Source of the DNA: Obrimoposthia wandeli
Taxonomy: Eukaryota
Assembly: GCA_977020255.1 (NCBI GenBank)
Contig: CDROCS010006690.1
Location: 1 to 64,000 of the forward strand
Length of the DNA: 64,000 nucleotides
Direction: 5' to 3'
In this document: positions 31,827 to 45,373 of the stretch, one piece after another
How the letters are laid out: each line of letters opens with the position of its first letter
How positions within the stretch are numbered: the first letter of the stretch is position 1
The notes under the pieces: model-generated
What the model saw: the letters and a program-made list of their open reading frames with translations, nothing else
Databases searched by the model: none
Told to the model about the DNA's origin: nothing
Translations under genes and position numbers: made by a program

Positions 31827-32533
31827 TGTTGGGGTTTCTGTATTTTGAAATGCTTTGATTGAGACAGATCCTCGTATGGAGGCCCCCAACGTGAGTTCTG
31901 TAGCGATACGGCTTACATATGGATGTGGCCTATATGCGTTTGTCTTACATAAATTTAGTCTCAAATCTGAAGGTATTGTATTGTGATGTGTGTAAGGAGT
32001 TGTGTTCACAAAATAACTAGTAGGGTTCAAAACTAATGTGGTGTTATGTATTCTGAAGGATTAGTCGTTTAGATTCAGGGAAAGGCTGGTTAGCAACCTA
32101 GACTGAATATATATAAAATAGCCGGAACCAAGCGACGACAACGATACTCCTCCAGTAATATTGGGACACAAAAATCCTCAAATACCCCAGTGCTTAGAGT
32201 ACCGTCACTTGGTTGTCCCTCGGCTGGCCTATAGCGTAGTGGGCTCGACAATATTGCGAGGTTAATAACGGGAAACAAGCTTTGTTAGTCTGTTCTATTC
32301 ACTAAACTTTATTTCCTAATACACAACACGTAAGGGCTCTAAAACACGAGGATACAATTTCACAATTTCCTAGAGAAAGGTGACACTCTAAGTCTTTTTC
32401 TAGTTATTTACTTCGTTATTTATTCAACCTTTTAATACTCGTATGCTCTCTCTAATTAAACCTGTCGTACAACTCTTACTATTAAAGTAGCATATAGTGT
32501 CGGTACTAAACCCAAGCGTCAAAGCCCCCAACG
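31827..32533 (-). mobile_element. Solo-LTR-like sequence related to the giant element's LTR
   Basis: Shares tgttggggtttct, acagatcctc, gg(c)cccaacgtgagttc, gtggccta and tctgaaggtatt with 20384-20540. It ends in cccccaac. No TSD found. Confidence 0.6.
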
Positions 32534-33942
32534 TTTTACCTATTTGATAATATTAACTTTTTTACTTACTCTTGTTATCACTGAGTATCATTTTAAACCA
32601 TACTGTACAACTCTTATTAACTCGGAACTCTTAATTTTACTATTTTATAAAATAATTTTTTTTTAGAAATTTGAATAAAATATGTAGGTATTAAGATGAT
32701 AATTTAATATGTTTGAACTATTTGTTTTATTTAAACAATGTGATTAAAGATTTGGTTTTATAATTTATTGACAAAGCTTTCAGTTTGTTTTCATGTCTTT
32801 AAAAATAATTTTGCAATATTCTATACACAGAGAATAAAATTGTTTTGTTGAGTTAATTTACTAAAATATTTAAAATGAGAAACGAATAATAATGATAATT
32901 TTCAAATTATATTTATTAATACATTTTTATAACCAAGTTATTTGAAAATAAAGAATTCAAATTTATCTAATTATTTTAAAATATTTCAATTAAGGAATGT
33001 TATCAAACGAGATAAGAAATTTTAATTATTTATTTGCATGAATGTGTATTAACTGTTTACTTTAGAGCAAAGATATGAAGGTAAAATATGTGAAAATAAA
33101 ATATGGAAATTCTCATTATTATATTTTTCATCAGATTGTTACATCATCTTCATTGATTGATAGTATTCATTTAATAATTAGCTAGTACTCACTTGCAGTT
33201 TTACATTCACTTGCTAAGACTCTTACTTGTATTTGCATTCATTCTAATTTTATTGGTTATTTGAGCTTTATTCCAATGTGTACCTATGCTACTTTTAAGA
33301 AGTACTATTTAAAGAATCGTCTAATGAATCTATATTTAATTTCAATGAACATTTTATCAAGTAAACAAGTAATCGGATTTGGTCTCAAATATGGAGAAGG
33401 AAAGTTCTAATTATCATTTTAAACCAAAACTAATTAAAAGTGATTAAGATGCAAAATTTGAAAATATAGACAAGGCAAAGTTTCTTTAACAATAATGTTT
33501 TCCTATCTTTACTAGAATTGACCAAATGTCGAACCACCGACTGATTTAGGATCGCAAAGGTTGTTAGAGGAGCGCACGGAAGCAACGAAGAGACGAGGAT
33601 CAAGCTTTGTAATCGAATTTATTATGCCGAAATAATAAAAATAAGAAAATTCGAACAGTACAACTCTTAATCTAGCATTAATATACGATTGTGGTATCAA
33701 GCAACGCTGAAAGTGTTGTTGCTGACGTAGAAAGAAAAATAAAAGGAATATAGAAATAATAGAAGAAAGAAGAAGAAGTTCGTAGCGATAGTGAAGAACG
33801 ACTTTCCGGAGTTGAAAAAGCAACACAAGAAGCATGAGAGGATCGACGGGACCTCATCAGAGTCACTATGGGAGGAATGAAGATATTTAGCGGGAATCAT
33901 TAAAGTGCGGCAAAAGGAATGTCTAGATAGATTTGTGGAGGT

Positions 33943-34247
33943 CTACTGCAGTCGTCTGAAGTACTCAATGAGCGACTTCACGCCGTAGATGCAGTTGGAA
34001 TCGTTGTTCGTCATGGGCAATACGTGTGTAAAGTCGATGAATTTGACAAGCACTTTCTCGACGGGCTCGTCTTCATGAGTCCCATTGGCTGTCGGGAGAC
34101 TCTCGTAGGCCAGCAGGATGGATGAGGCGATGAAGGCCATGCTCGTTTGCGACTCAAACCAGTCCAGCAACTTCAGAAGCTCCACGACGAACAAGTTCGC
34201 TAGCACACAAGCCCGCTTAGTGTCACCTCCAAGAAACTTAGCGAGAC
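33943..34247 (-). CDS. IPMK: Inositol polyphosphate multikinase, last exon
   Basis: Acceptor tttaatttag. Protein ...WFESQTSMAFIASSILLAYE...VKFIDFTHV...DSNCIYGVKSLI carries the SSLL and IDF motifs of inositol phosphate kinases. Phase 1 matches the upstream donor. Confidence 0.9.
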
Positions 34248-35008
34248 CTAAATTAAATGCATTTTAATTCGTGACAATAATCGATAGAATTGTATGTTGT
34301 ACATCGATCCAGATATATCCATAAAGAAATATTTATACAGAAAATAAATATGTCAGTTTATTTCACAGCATCAGTTCTGCTTACCAAAAATGATGCGCTA
34401 GCAATTATTATGCGAATAAATTCGAAATATTTTTGTATAAAATTCAAGAAAAGAATAAAGATATTAAAATCAGTTATTTATAGTAAATGAAACAAGCTTG
34501 GATTTAGAATTAACTAAGTTAAATGTGTTCAGATACGAAAAACAGCAAGTAAGAGTAATAAAATCAAGTTATTTAAAGTGGATAATAACATAACCTTAAT
34601 GAAAATTTTAAAATAATAAAATTAAATATAAATTATAAAATCCTATAGAAAAATGGAAGAAGAAATTATGACTTTGATAGGCTTTGAGATATGTAAAGAC
34701 ATATAAGGAGAAAAGCAATGTGAAGAGTGCCGGAGAAATAAAAAACAGTGAAAATCGCATTACAGTCGAAAATCAAAGAAACCGGAAAATAATTCGCACA
34801 ACCAACAGAAGTTGACGAAAATTCACAAGCGCTACTTTAGTCAAATAGAAGTGTTAATTTTATAATCGAGGATCCTATTTGTTATTATCGAAGAACCGAA
34901 AATATTATTGTAAATTTACGTCAAATGGAATTCCAAAATCGATATCAAATTGACTTTCAACAAAATTTCACAAAACTGTAGACAAAATTGTCAGCATCAA
35001 AATACTTG

Positions 35009-35815
35009 TGTCATAGTTTGTATTATTTAATAATTGTGTCGAACTTATAGAAGCTTTTGGATATACACATGGATATACAGAGAAGAGGTAATAAACATAC
35101 ATACACCCCAATCACGACACTCAGTCTGTGTCCCTGTGCACCTTTATGTAGGAGTCATTGGGGCATAAATTATGTCTAATAGTGTTTTGCCATCCCTGTC
35201 TGTTGCGATAACAGAAGGAGAAATTGTCCACTATGGATTTGTTGATTTCGAAGATAGCGAGAAACAGCGACAGTAGCGAAAAAATGGCAGTCACTACTGA
35301 GTAAAACTCAGAAAGAATCGAGAGAGAGAGAGTTGGTATGGATAAGACTAAGAGAGAGAGAGAGACAAATTACAGCAGGCAGCACTGAGGAAAAATATTG
35401 ATAGAGAGAAGACAGCAGATGTTGGAGAGAGGAGAGATGGTGAGAAGAAGTAAGCAATTCGGTCCAATTTTCCGAGATTGGCTTGGGAAATCACTGCAAC
35501 TGGCCGAGAACACATGGGGGAAAACTGGGCGGAAACTTCACACAGTAAAAGTCGATTTCTTCCCCTCTTCAGTTCAATGTCCTTTTTATCTCCGACTTCG
35601 CATTAGACAGGTACTCGCGATAACTATCGACTGAACGAATGAGGAGTCCAGCAGGACGACACATTTAAAAGTGCCAACTATCGCGGTCTGACGTTACCGC
35701 CTGATTGTGGGCATTTCAGTTTCATAATTTATTTTAATGAATTAATTAAGATTAATAAAACAAATCCGAATCCCATCAGTAGCGTCGCGAATCATGACAC
35801 CTGGTATTAGCGCGA
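35009..35815 (+). mobile_element. Candidate LTR plus PBS of another retrotransposon (truncated)
   Basis: TGTCAT at 35009 and ATGACA at 35799, AATAAA near 35755, then CC and TGGTATTAGCGCG. No partner LTR or pol found. Confidence 0.35.
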
Positions 35816-37154
35816 TCATTCATATCCGACCATAGGTAACTACCATATCCAGCCAGGTATAAGTATCGCCAGCAATTGTATTAGCAGAGTTCTACAGGTG
35901 AAATCAAGCAGAAATAACTGAATTTACAGAAGTATCATTCGGAGTAACCTTAGCAGCGTGGGAACAGGGAATTCACGTATCATGTGAAATCAAGAACTAA
36001 TTGAATTGACGGGACATATATTCGAAATAAAACTGTTAGCAGCGGATCAACAGACTCGACAGAATTACAGCAGACACATTAAACAATGAGATCCCATAAA
36101 CATAATTGTTTTTAAGTTAGATTGAATTGTTCTCTAAATTAAGTCGTTAAATTGAATTGTAATGTTCTTTAAATTCAGTTGAAAAGTTTCGGAAACATTC
36201 GAATTAAATAATTTTTTAACATATAAAAAGGTTTAAGATTTAAATTGAGAGAAATTGAGAAGGTCTAAATTGCGTTCTAGCCGATTTAAGAATATTAACG
36301 TACCCTAGGAATAATGTTAAGAGATAACGAGTAAGAATTGTAGAGCGTCCCCGCACTAGAAATAAAGATTACGAAGGTTTTGGTAAACGTACTAAAATGA
36401 CTTGTTTAATATAATGAATCTGTTTAACCTTGAAAACGTCTAAATCAAAAAACTGTCCAAGGTCGGAACCCAACCTACATAAAAGTGATCCACACAGTGC
36501 ATCGGTAAGGTCAACTTGAGGTAGAGTTATCCGACTTAAAAACTGCCAATTCTCTGGTCTAGGTTCGGTCAACCTATTTTCGAATTCAAACCACGTTTGG
36601 CCTAACCAGCAGTTTTTGAGACCTACATTAAACAACAATAGTTTTGGGATATAAATCAGTAAATTGTAAATAACACAAATACACAGCATAAAAACCTTCG
36701 GACTTCGTTAAACTAGGTAAGGAAAGATCTATATCCCGCAGGGGGCCCGAGGATTTCTGGAAATTACTTAGAAAACCCCAACAAAAGTGGAAAAACAAAG
36801 TGGAACTGGTGAAAAATTGTGACCTTGATAGACCTTATTAAATTTAATTCCAACTAAAAATCTCTACAAGTTAAAATGTATGACTCGGATGTGCAACAGG
36901 AAAGTTATAATTATAATCTTTAGACCCAATCTAAAATCTTAATTTTTATTTCATTGAATTAATATTATTAGACTACAAAATTAATTTTATAATTCACAAG
37001 TTTTTATGGTACATAAAAATATTCTATATAGAATGAACCCATCAACGAGGAAAACTCCAATGAGTAATCTACAGGAATAGCCGTACCGGGCCCAACACAA
37101 TCAACGCAGGACAATAACGATCCTTACTACAGGCAAGTGAAGAGGGCACAACTA

Positions 37155-38449
37155 CAGGGTGGTCCGTAGAAAACCAAAGGATTTAAATAAATTTATTTAC
37201 ATTTATAATAAATGTTCAAAATGTTTTCCTTCATTATCCCGACATGTTTGAAGACGTTTTATCCATGATGATGTAGCTTTTCGTATGGTATCCAGACTAA
37301 TATTATCCCAAGCTTGCGTTAAAAATAGTTTGAGTTCATCGATTGTGGAAACCTCTTCGCGTACTAACTGCAATTCATGTAGCACTATTCCCCAAATAGC
37401 ATAGTCCATAACATTTAAGTCTGGACTTTTTGAGGGCCAATCAAGTGGCATAATTAAACTTGGTACATTCTCTTGAAGCCATGAAATAGTCGCATTGGCT
37501 GTGTGTGCTGTAGCGCCATCTTGTTGCCAAATCCACGATTCACCATCCATTACGTTGATTATGTCTTGGAACATTGGGGGGCACATCTCATTACGATACA
37601 CATGCTGATTAACTGTTTTCTTTTTGAAGAACCAACATTATTCGGTACTTCAGCGAAGCCTTCAATAAATCTTAGTTGTGATTTTCCATGCCACGATACT
37701 GCACCATAAATCATTATTGATGGCTGCTGTCGATCAACTTCAACAATTAATTCTTCGTTTGGAATATCGGTTTTCACCGTACCTTCTCTGTATATGCGTT
37801 CATTTTGACTATTTATTGGAGGAGAGATATTGAATGAGGCTTCATCAGAGAACCAAACTTTTTTCCATAAATCCTCATGTTGGAAACGTTCTAGCAAGTT
37901 AATTGATTTCAAGTTTCGAGCTTCTTTGTGACGTTCTGTCAGTTTGTGACATTGTATACGTTTATAACATTTTAGAGAACATATTCGTAATTCTCTAAAG
38001 ACTGATGTCTTTGATATTCCTAATTTTTTAGCAATTTGTCTTTGGCTGCTATGCCTATGACGAGGACTGCTTACAGGGGTTACAGCCAGTGCTTTTATTT
38101 CCTGCTTCATTGGAGTAGTTATTATTTTTAAACTTCCTGATCCTTTCTTTCTTTTTTTAGCCATCGCTGCGCCTTCCGTCTTCAACCGAACACATGCTGC
38201 ATAAAACTGATTTTCAGTTATTTTACTAAAAAACTGGGGTAAAATGCTTTTACATTTTTCAAGTCCCCACTTAGGATTTTCTTCTTTAAATAAAATAATT
38301 ACTTGCCTTTGAAAATTAGAAATTTGTGGCGTCATAATTTAAATCTAATAAAATTTTAATATTTTATAATATTTAAAACTTACATTTATTGAAAATAGAT
38401 AAAAATAATTCTTTTAAACAAATCCTTTGGTTTTCTACGGACCACCCTG
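37155..38449 (-). mobile_element. Tc1/mariner DD37D (maT) transposon, full length
   Basis: Perfect 30-bp TIRs cagggtggtccgtagaaaaccaaaggattt with TA TSD. Transposase 37203-38335 has WFSDE, QQDGATAH-x-PDLNVMD with 37 residues between D2 and D3, and one frameshift. Confidence 0.95.
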
Positions 38450-39999
38450 TACTATTCAAATATCAAATTTAACATAATTTTCTATAAAATACTTTTAACC
38501 TGTAACGGTATCAATTTTTATAGGACAAAATCATTGCCTTGTAACGGTCGCTGACTTTTATAATTTTATAAACTCGCCAGTAGGGTTAGAAACAAACATT
38601 TTATACCTTGCAGTTGTAACGCTGCTATTTGTAAGCTGCTGTATCACACGTAATCTGAGTAACTGAGTGATCTGTGTCAAACAATTTCAGTATTGCATAA
38701 ACCAATCTGATTATATTTTTTATGATAATTATTTGTATCTAACTGTTTCAGTGAATTAAAATATTGAAATACTTTGTGTTATACTTTTCTAGCTGTTTAC
38801 AAATAAAGTTAATAGATATATATCGCGAGGGACTTTAGCAAAGATAAACCAATAATAACCTATAACGAAAAAGAACAAGACGATTGGTCACAATAAGATA
38901 AGACAGATAACATTCGGAAATTTGAGATAATTAAGGATAGGCCTTCCACACAATTCATAAACCTCGTAAGAACTCACACACCAGAGGCTTCCCTAAGAAG
39001 TGAAATAACTCTGGTCCCAACAAAAACATAAGCAATGTACATCTGGACAAACAAAGTACGCAAATTAAATTAGACTGCGGTGCGGACTGTTTTTCTAGAT
39101 AACTCAAAATATTAAAATGCCTGTACAGTTTAAAGTTATTTTTAATATGCATTTGAAAACATAAGAAAATTTTGCAAACAGATTAGAAATATCATTCTTA
39201 TTATATTTTTACAAAATATTAAACATGCTATGGTAAAATTAACATTAAAAAATAAATTGATGGAAATGGGCCTAATATAGAACTTGAAAATCGACTCTTA
39301 AGTCCGCTAACCTTCCTTGAGTAATGAAAAGATTAGAAACATTGAAGACAAATCAAAACAATACTTCACAATAAGTAGAGAAACGAGCTTTTTGCACAAA
39401 AAGTGCATTATTAAAGTAACTAGTTTTTAGCCATTGATAATTTTAATAAATATTATATAAAAATTAATGTCAAATTAATGCTATATTGATATATTGGCCC
39501 GGCAGCAGCGGCAGCAGCGGCATGCTGCAATGGGCAAATGTAAGCCAAATAAAAGCTGAGGGAGGCTTGATATGATATGAAGAGCTGTAACAATGACCTA
39601 TTCAAGGAATTGTTGAGTTATCAACAGTGAATGATTTCTGGCTATTATTCATCTCGATTGTATAAAGGTTTCCAAAGATTGGTATGTAAATCTGAATTTA
39701 GGAGTTGGGCTAAAAATGTCACTGGTTAACTAGTAAAAATACGAATTATTTTAAATTCAGTATTAATATCCACTTATTTCAGTCGGTGAATTTGATACTT
39801 TAGACTCTAGAATCTACCACTGAATTTATAAGATTTTTATATATATATAGGATGAATTTTAGGTATGGACCAACTTTACACGACTGCAGGATATTCGTAA
39901 AATAAACGTTAATCTTACCTCATATACATAGGATTTTTAAATAATATATTCACAATTACTAACTAAAACTGTACAATCAATACGGGGGAGATTCTTAAA

Positions 40000-40620
40000 G
40001 ATTAAATACAAAAAATAAATTAAAAGTCAACTACATGTGTTTTCCACCAACTCTTAATAACCTTTCTAATCTATTAGGAATTAATTTAGCTGCTTAATCC
40101 AACTCATGAAGTTTGGACACTTTCATTTCCATTCTTTTTAGTTCATTATAGATATCAATTTTAAGATGATACACTCAAAATCGAAATTTACACGAAGTTA
40201 AATCCGGTGATGGAGCCCCCCAGAATCAATTGAATCTTTTAGAAATAACATGATTTCCGAATTGTCTTGGTAAATACTGAGTCAATACTGGTCAAATTGG
40301 CCGAATGTGATGTGACTCCGTCTTGCATAAATTTTGTTAGTAAATTCGAGAATTATTTTCTGATGAATTTTGATGTGTTAGACATTCCAACCGATCATTT
40401 TGGTGAATGCCAAGATTTTTCAATTTGAGTTTCAGGATTTCACTATTAACTAATTGAAGAAAGGTCCCCAGATAAACGAAAGCAAGCCTCGTCTGTCCAT
40501 AATATGGCTCCTAGCGACGAATAAATAGACAATATTTCTGCAAATGCAATCCGATTTGATGTCACATTCTTGTGATTCTGGAACAAAATATAGTTGATTT
40601 TTTTGTTAGTTTAGGTTGTA
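40000..40620 (-). mobile_element. Degenerate Tc1/mariner transposase remnant
   Basis: Minus-strand WTDEACFRLSG near 40470-40505 and a PPDLT-like motif near 40200. Multiple stops. Confidence 0.55.
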
Positions 40621-41296
40621 AAAAGATGTAATATGTTTAAATTTTAATTGAAGCAAAAATCGCCATTCTGCACAAAAAGGGGAATTTGAGATCCTAAATG
40701 TGTTTTTTAGTTAAAAAGAAAACGTTGTTTTAACTTATCAAAAATGATAAGTGGTTGCTTTAAAAAACAATTTTAAAAAGTTATCGATGTTTTATGAATA
40801 AATGTCTTATGTTTAATGAAAATAAAGTTCGTAAACATAGGTACTTTTACCAAATTTTTCGTACTGTGTCTTTTGAAGCTTGACAAATTGAAAGAAATTC
40901 GAAGGAAACTTTTCCTGAGATTGTTTCCATAAGCTCACTTTTAGGAGTTTCCTGTAATAGGTTTATTCGATTCCAGCCCCCCCCAATTTTCAAAAGTGGG
41001 TTATTGTGAATGTAAAGGTGAAAGTTATTTGATATATTTAGAGAAAATGAAACTAGATGCCAAAGCTATTGAGAAAATCTCAAATAAAGTTGATTAAAAT
41101 GTATCAAGAATCTATTTGACAATACAGACGAGGGAGTATGTGAAGTTTTGTTCGTTTTTATGAGTGATTTTCAGTCAGATAATGATGTGTAAATGTGAAA
41201 TTCTGAAAATTTTATATAATCTATCAAAATCGAGATTTTAGAAATTCACGACAAAGTTTCGCTATTTATATTATTATATATAGAGTTGTAACCTTC

Positions 41297-43380
41297 GGGA
41301 ACCATAGATTTTATCGCGATTCATTTTAAAGCATTCATTTTATAGTGATACATTTTATAGCGAATTTCATTTTATAGTGGTTGATGTGGTAGCGATTTAT
41401 TTCAATGCGTAATTTTAAATTTATTTTATATTTATACTACATCGTTTTGATTTTTTTAATTGAATTAGTATTTTATTGAATTATTTTGATTTTAATTTCA
41501 AAATGGAAATCATTAAAAGTATCAGAAATAAAGATAAATTAGTTTATCAAGGTTATTTTATTTATATATTTTTTAGGTTTTTTGTACAATAAAAATAGAG
41601 TTAACTTAAACTCCGTATATTGGTTATGTGAAAAAGCCAGATGTAGCATATCAATAAAAACACAATTGAATTATATAGAACATGTTGGTGAATCATAGAG
41701 GTATCAGGGGAACATTATCACTTACCCGATAATGTTAAAATCGAATTTTTAAAAAAGAAAAATGATATTAAAATTGAAGCAACTTCTTCTCAAATGACAC
41801 CAAGAGAAATCATAGCAAACTCTAGTGAATACAAGTACAGAAGCACAATTTAAGATTATGAGATCAAAAAATATGAAACAAGTTATCAATAGAAAAAGAC
41901 GTTCACTAAACCAACACCCAGTAAATCCAAGTTCGGCATTGGATTTGGTATTACCCGAATCTTATAAATTATCCTTATCGTCACAAAATTTTCTTCTTTC
42001 CGATACTGTATTTTCCAATTAACGCATTCTAATTTTCGGTACAAATGATAGCTTAACGTGGCTTGAAACATACAGGCATTGGTTTTGTGATGGCACGTTC
42101 AAGGTGGTTCCAATAATTTTCTACCAGCTTTATACCATACATATACTATTCAATCAAACTGTAATACCTGCATTGTACGTACTATGCACAAACAAAAATG
42201 CAAGAACATATACCAAAATTTTAACAATCATTAAAACATTAAATCCAAATTTAAACCCATTAACAATAATGAGCGACTTTGAAGTTGCTTTGAGGTCAAG
42301 CATAAGAATTGTGTTCCCAGAAACACAAATTCGAGGATGTTTTTTCCATCTATGCCAATCAGTTTTTCGAAAAGTGTGCAGCATTGGAATGAAATCTGAT
42401 TATGTGAACAATACTAACAATTTTCGCCTATATATTAAATTATTGACATGCTTGTCATATCTGCCAATTGAAGAAGTTGTGCAAGGATTCGAATATTTAA
42501 AAAATAATGATGGATTTCCAACCAATGCACTATAAATCTATGATTATTTCGAGGATAACTATATTGGAAGAATTAATGGGATAAGCCAAGAAAGGAGAAT
42601 ACCAAGATACTCGATCCCTTCTTGGAATTCCTGCGATGCTGTCTTAAGTGGTATACCAACTTCCAATAACGCCATTGAATCATGGCATGGGTCTTTTCAG
42701 CAGATGCTACAATGAGCCATCTTACAGTCTTTACTTTAATTAATAACTTAAAAAAGGAAGAAGTATACCAAAAGGGAATATATAATCGCACGCTAGGAGG
42801 AGAATTTCCTTATAGAAAGCCTTATGTGGTCATTAGAAATAGAAATATATTCAATATTGTGTCAAATTTAATGGATGTAAATTATAGTGTATTTAACTGG
42901 AATTTCATTAAATATTTAAATAATTATAATAATATTGTTTAGTTTTTATTTGCAGGGTTCTATATTTTAAATTCTGTAAGCTTATTGTTCCGAAGTGTTC
43001 GTAGAGGTTATTTTTTATATAATAATTAAAAATAAAAAATTTCTGTTTATAAATTAAAATTTTAAATATCTATCAGTATTGTGTAAAAACATTTTAACTT
43101 TAACCTTTAATTTTACTATCAAAAAACTTTTAAAAATAAAATTTTATTTCATTTTATGCATCTTGATGATTAAAATAATATATTCAATCTTTAAAAATAA
43201 TTATTATATGTATGATAAGTATACAATTAATAGTTTTAAAAATAAATTTAAAATAAATTTAAAATTATGCATTGAAATAAATCGCTACCACATCAACCAC
43301 TATAAAATGAAATTCGCTATAAAATGTATCACTATAAAAAGAGTGCTTTAAAATGAATCGCGATAAAACGTAGCTTCTTC
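41297..43380 (+). mobile_element. Mutator-like (MULE) DNA transposon, inactivated
   Basis: About 130-bp TIRs and a perfect 9-bp TSD gtaaccttc (41288-41296 and 43381-43389). FLYWCH-like YWLCE, WFCDGTF, IMSDFE, GCFFHLCQ, NNAIESWH. Stops and frameshifts present. Confidence 0.93.
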
Positions 43381-45373
43381 GTAACCTTCAAATGTACAGC
43401 GTTGGTCCTTATGGTTAGAGTTACTTAGGCTTTTGATGCCTGGAGAACATTTGATTTTTTCAACAATTGAAAGGTCAATGACGTTTCTGATTTTTTATAC
43501 CATATTTAATTGTATTTATCCCTTTCATTGTGCAATGAAATTTTGCTTCTCAGATAAACACATATCATGTGTATTTTTAAAAATTTACTTTGGAAGCCTA
43601 AATGTTAGTTAATTATGATATAATAGGCGATATATCAAAGCAGGTACAATAATAAGGTGTGTAAGGTGCAAATTCACCGATAAAGCACATCTTACATAGG
43701 AAAAAAAATTGAATTCTAAAATTACATGAATAAAATTATTCACTACACAATAAAATTATGACATTCGTCAGGATAAACAATATAGAAGGAAGAATCGAGA
43801 AGACAAATCCAACCGATTATCTGCCAAAGACACGAAGTAGCTATTAGTTTCGAGGGACCATTTCCGTGGAATAGGAGACCCTGTAAACAAGGCACCACGT
43901 CATTCACCGAGGAATCAACAATCGTAGAGTGATTTCAGACAGATTCAGACTTCGTTCATCAAATCGGTAACCACGCGAACCCACCACAAGCGACTAAACC
44001 AGTGTTATCTCATCCGAACCTACGAAAGCAGAAATCGTAAATAGAGCTCACAAATCGAATGCATTTATTTAATCAATCACTCATCGAATCAGCTACCCGC
44101 AACTATCTCAGAGATACTTCACCCAACTTCGGACTCGTAACCAGCATGAGAATAAAAGGCGATCCAAGGCTCGACGTGGGTAGTAACAAGTCAGGATACA
44201 TGTAAAAGAGACCTCAAACGCACAAAGTTTCAGAACAATGAGCACCCAAGGAAATATGGCCTCGGGGCTAAATCAGCGATCCAGTCGTTGACAACATTAA
44301 TATTTAGTGGTGGAACTAATTTCCCTCTAATTTTATATTTAATTAATTAAAATGGACGTACAAATAACTATTCTTAATAAATACTTAATTTATTATGTTT
44401 AGCAGAAATTTAAGATTCAAGGTGGGTACTAATTAAAAAAATATATATATATTAATTTTATTTAGTTTTTAATAAATCTCAAGAATAAGGAAACAGCCAA
44501 AATTAGGAGGAATGGGGGAAATACTCTTAAAGAAATAAGTTTATTAATAGAAATTATAAGAGGAAAATCTTTTTTAAATATAGTTTTCAAATATTCAACT
44601 TAAAAGGTGTATAATTGTAACATATTTACCTGAAATAACCAATTTAATGAAAAACGTTTACTTCTGTCACGAGCGTTACCGGGGTTTGACCCATATGGTA
44701 AAAATAAATTTAGTCAGGATTAGCTAGGCGTGCTGTCATTGGCCTCACTTTGTTATATAATACTAGGCTTCATAAACAGTATCGCCAATTTCAAGTTTAA
44801 TATTCTGAATTAAGAATTCTTGTTAAACTGTAAGTGGTTTTTAAGGAGAATTTGATTATAATTGAGCTTACACAAATGCTAAAATTGCAAACCTTGTTAG
44901 AGCCGTTAAAAGTGAAGCAACTAAAGAAAACGAAGACCCAAACATTGTTGACAGAAGCTCTCGGTTAGACATTTTGAAAACACAAAAAATTAAGGAAAGA
45001 AGCCACGAAGAAATTACAACCATTCTAGACTGGAATGAAGAGAATAGCAATATTGAGCTTTACAAATGTGAGAGTTCCAAACCAGCCTCTTCCCCAGAAA
45101 AGTCCCAGAATTCTGGCTCTTAGTTAGAAGAGTATTTTACCTATAAGTTAACTTAAGTTAGTTTTAGGTATGATAGACAAAATCAATTGTGAGATTTTTC
45201 GATTCATAAAATTAATTTATATTCATCCACTTTATAGTGAAACATTGAATAATGTGGTGGGAAAGATGAACGTACAGATAAATTATACATTAAAATTTGA
45301 AGACGATTTAGAAAAGGATAAGGCTAACGAGATAAAAAAGAATACAATCAATTCTCACTTTGTTTAAATATAT

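Noticed and set aside
33512-33900. Hydrophobic short ORFs after the IPMK stop
   Set aside because: T-rich low-complexity sequence, best explained as 3' UTR.
38940-39030. About 90-bp inverted match to 23880-23950
   Set aside because: A short dispersed repeat fragment with no diagnostic ends.
43660-44320. LTR plus PBS for the BEL remnant (tgacaaca...tggtggaact)
   Set aside because: No matching 5' terminus or second LTR found.
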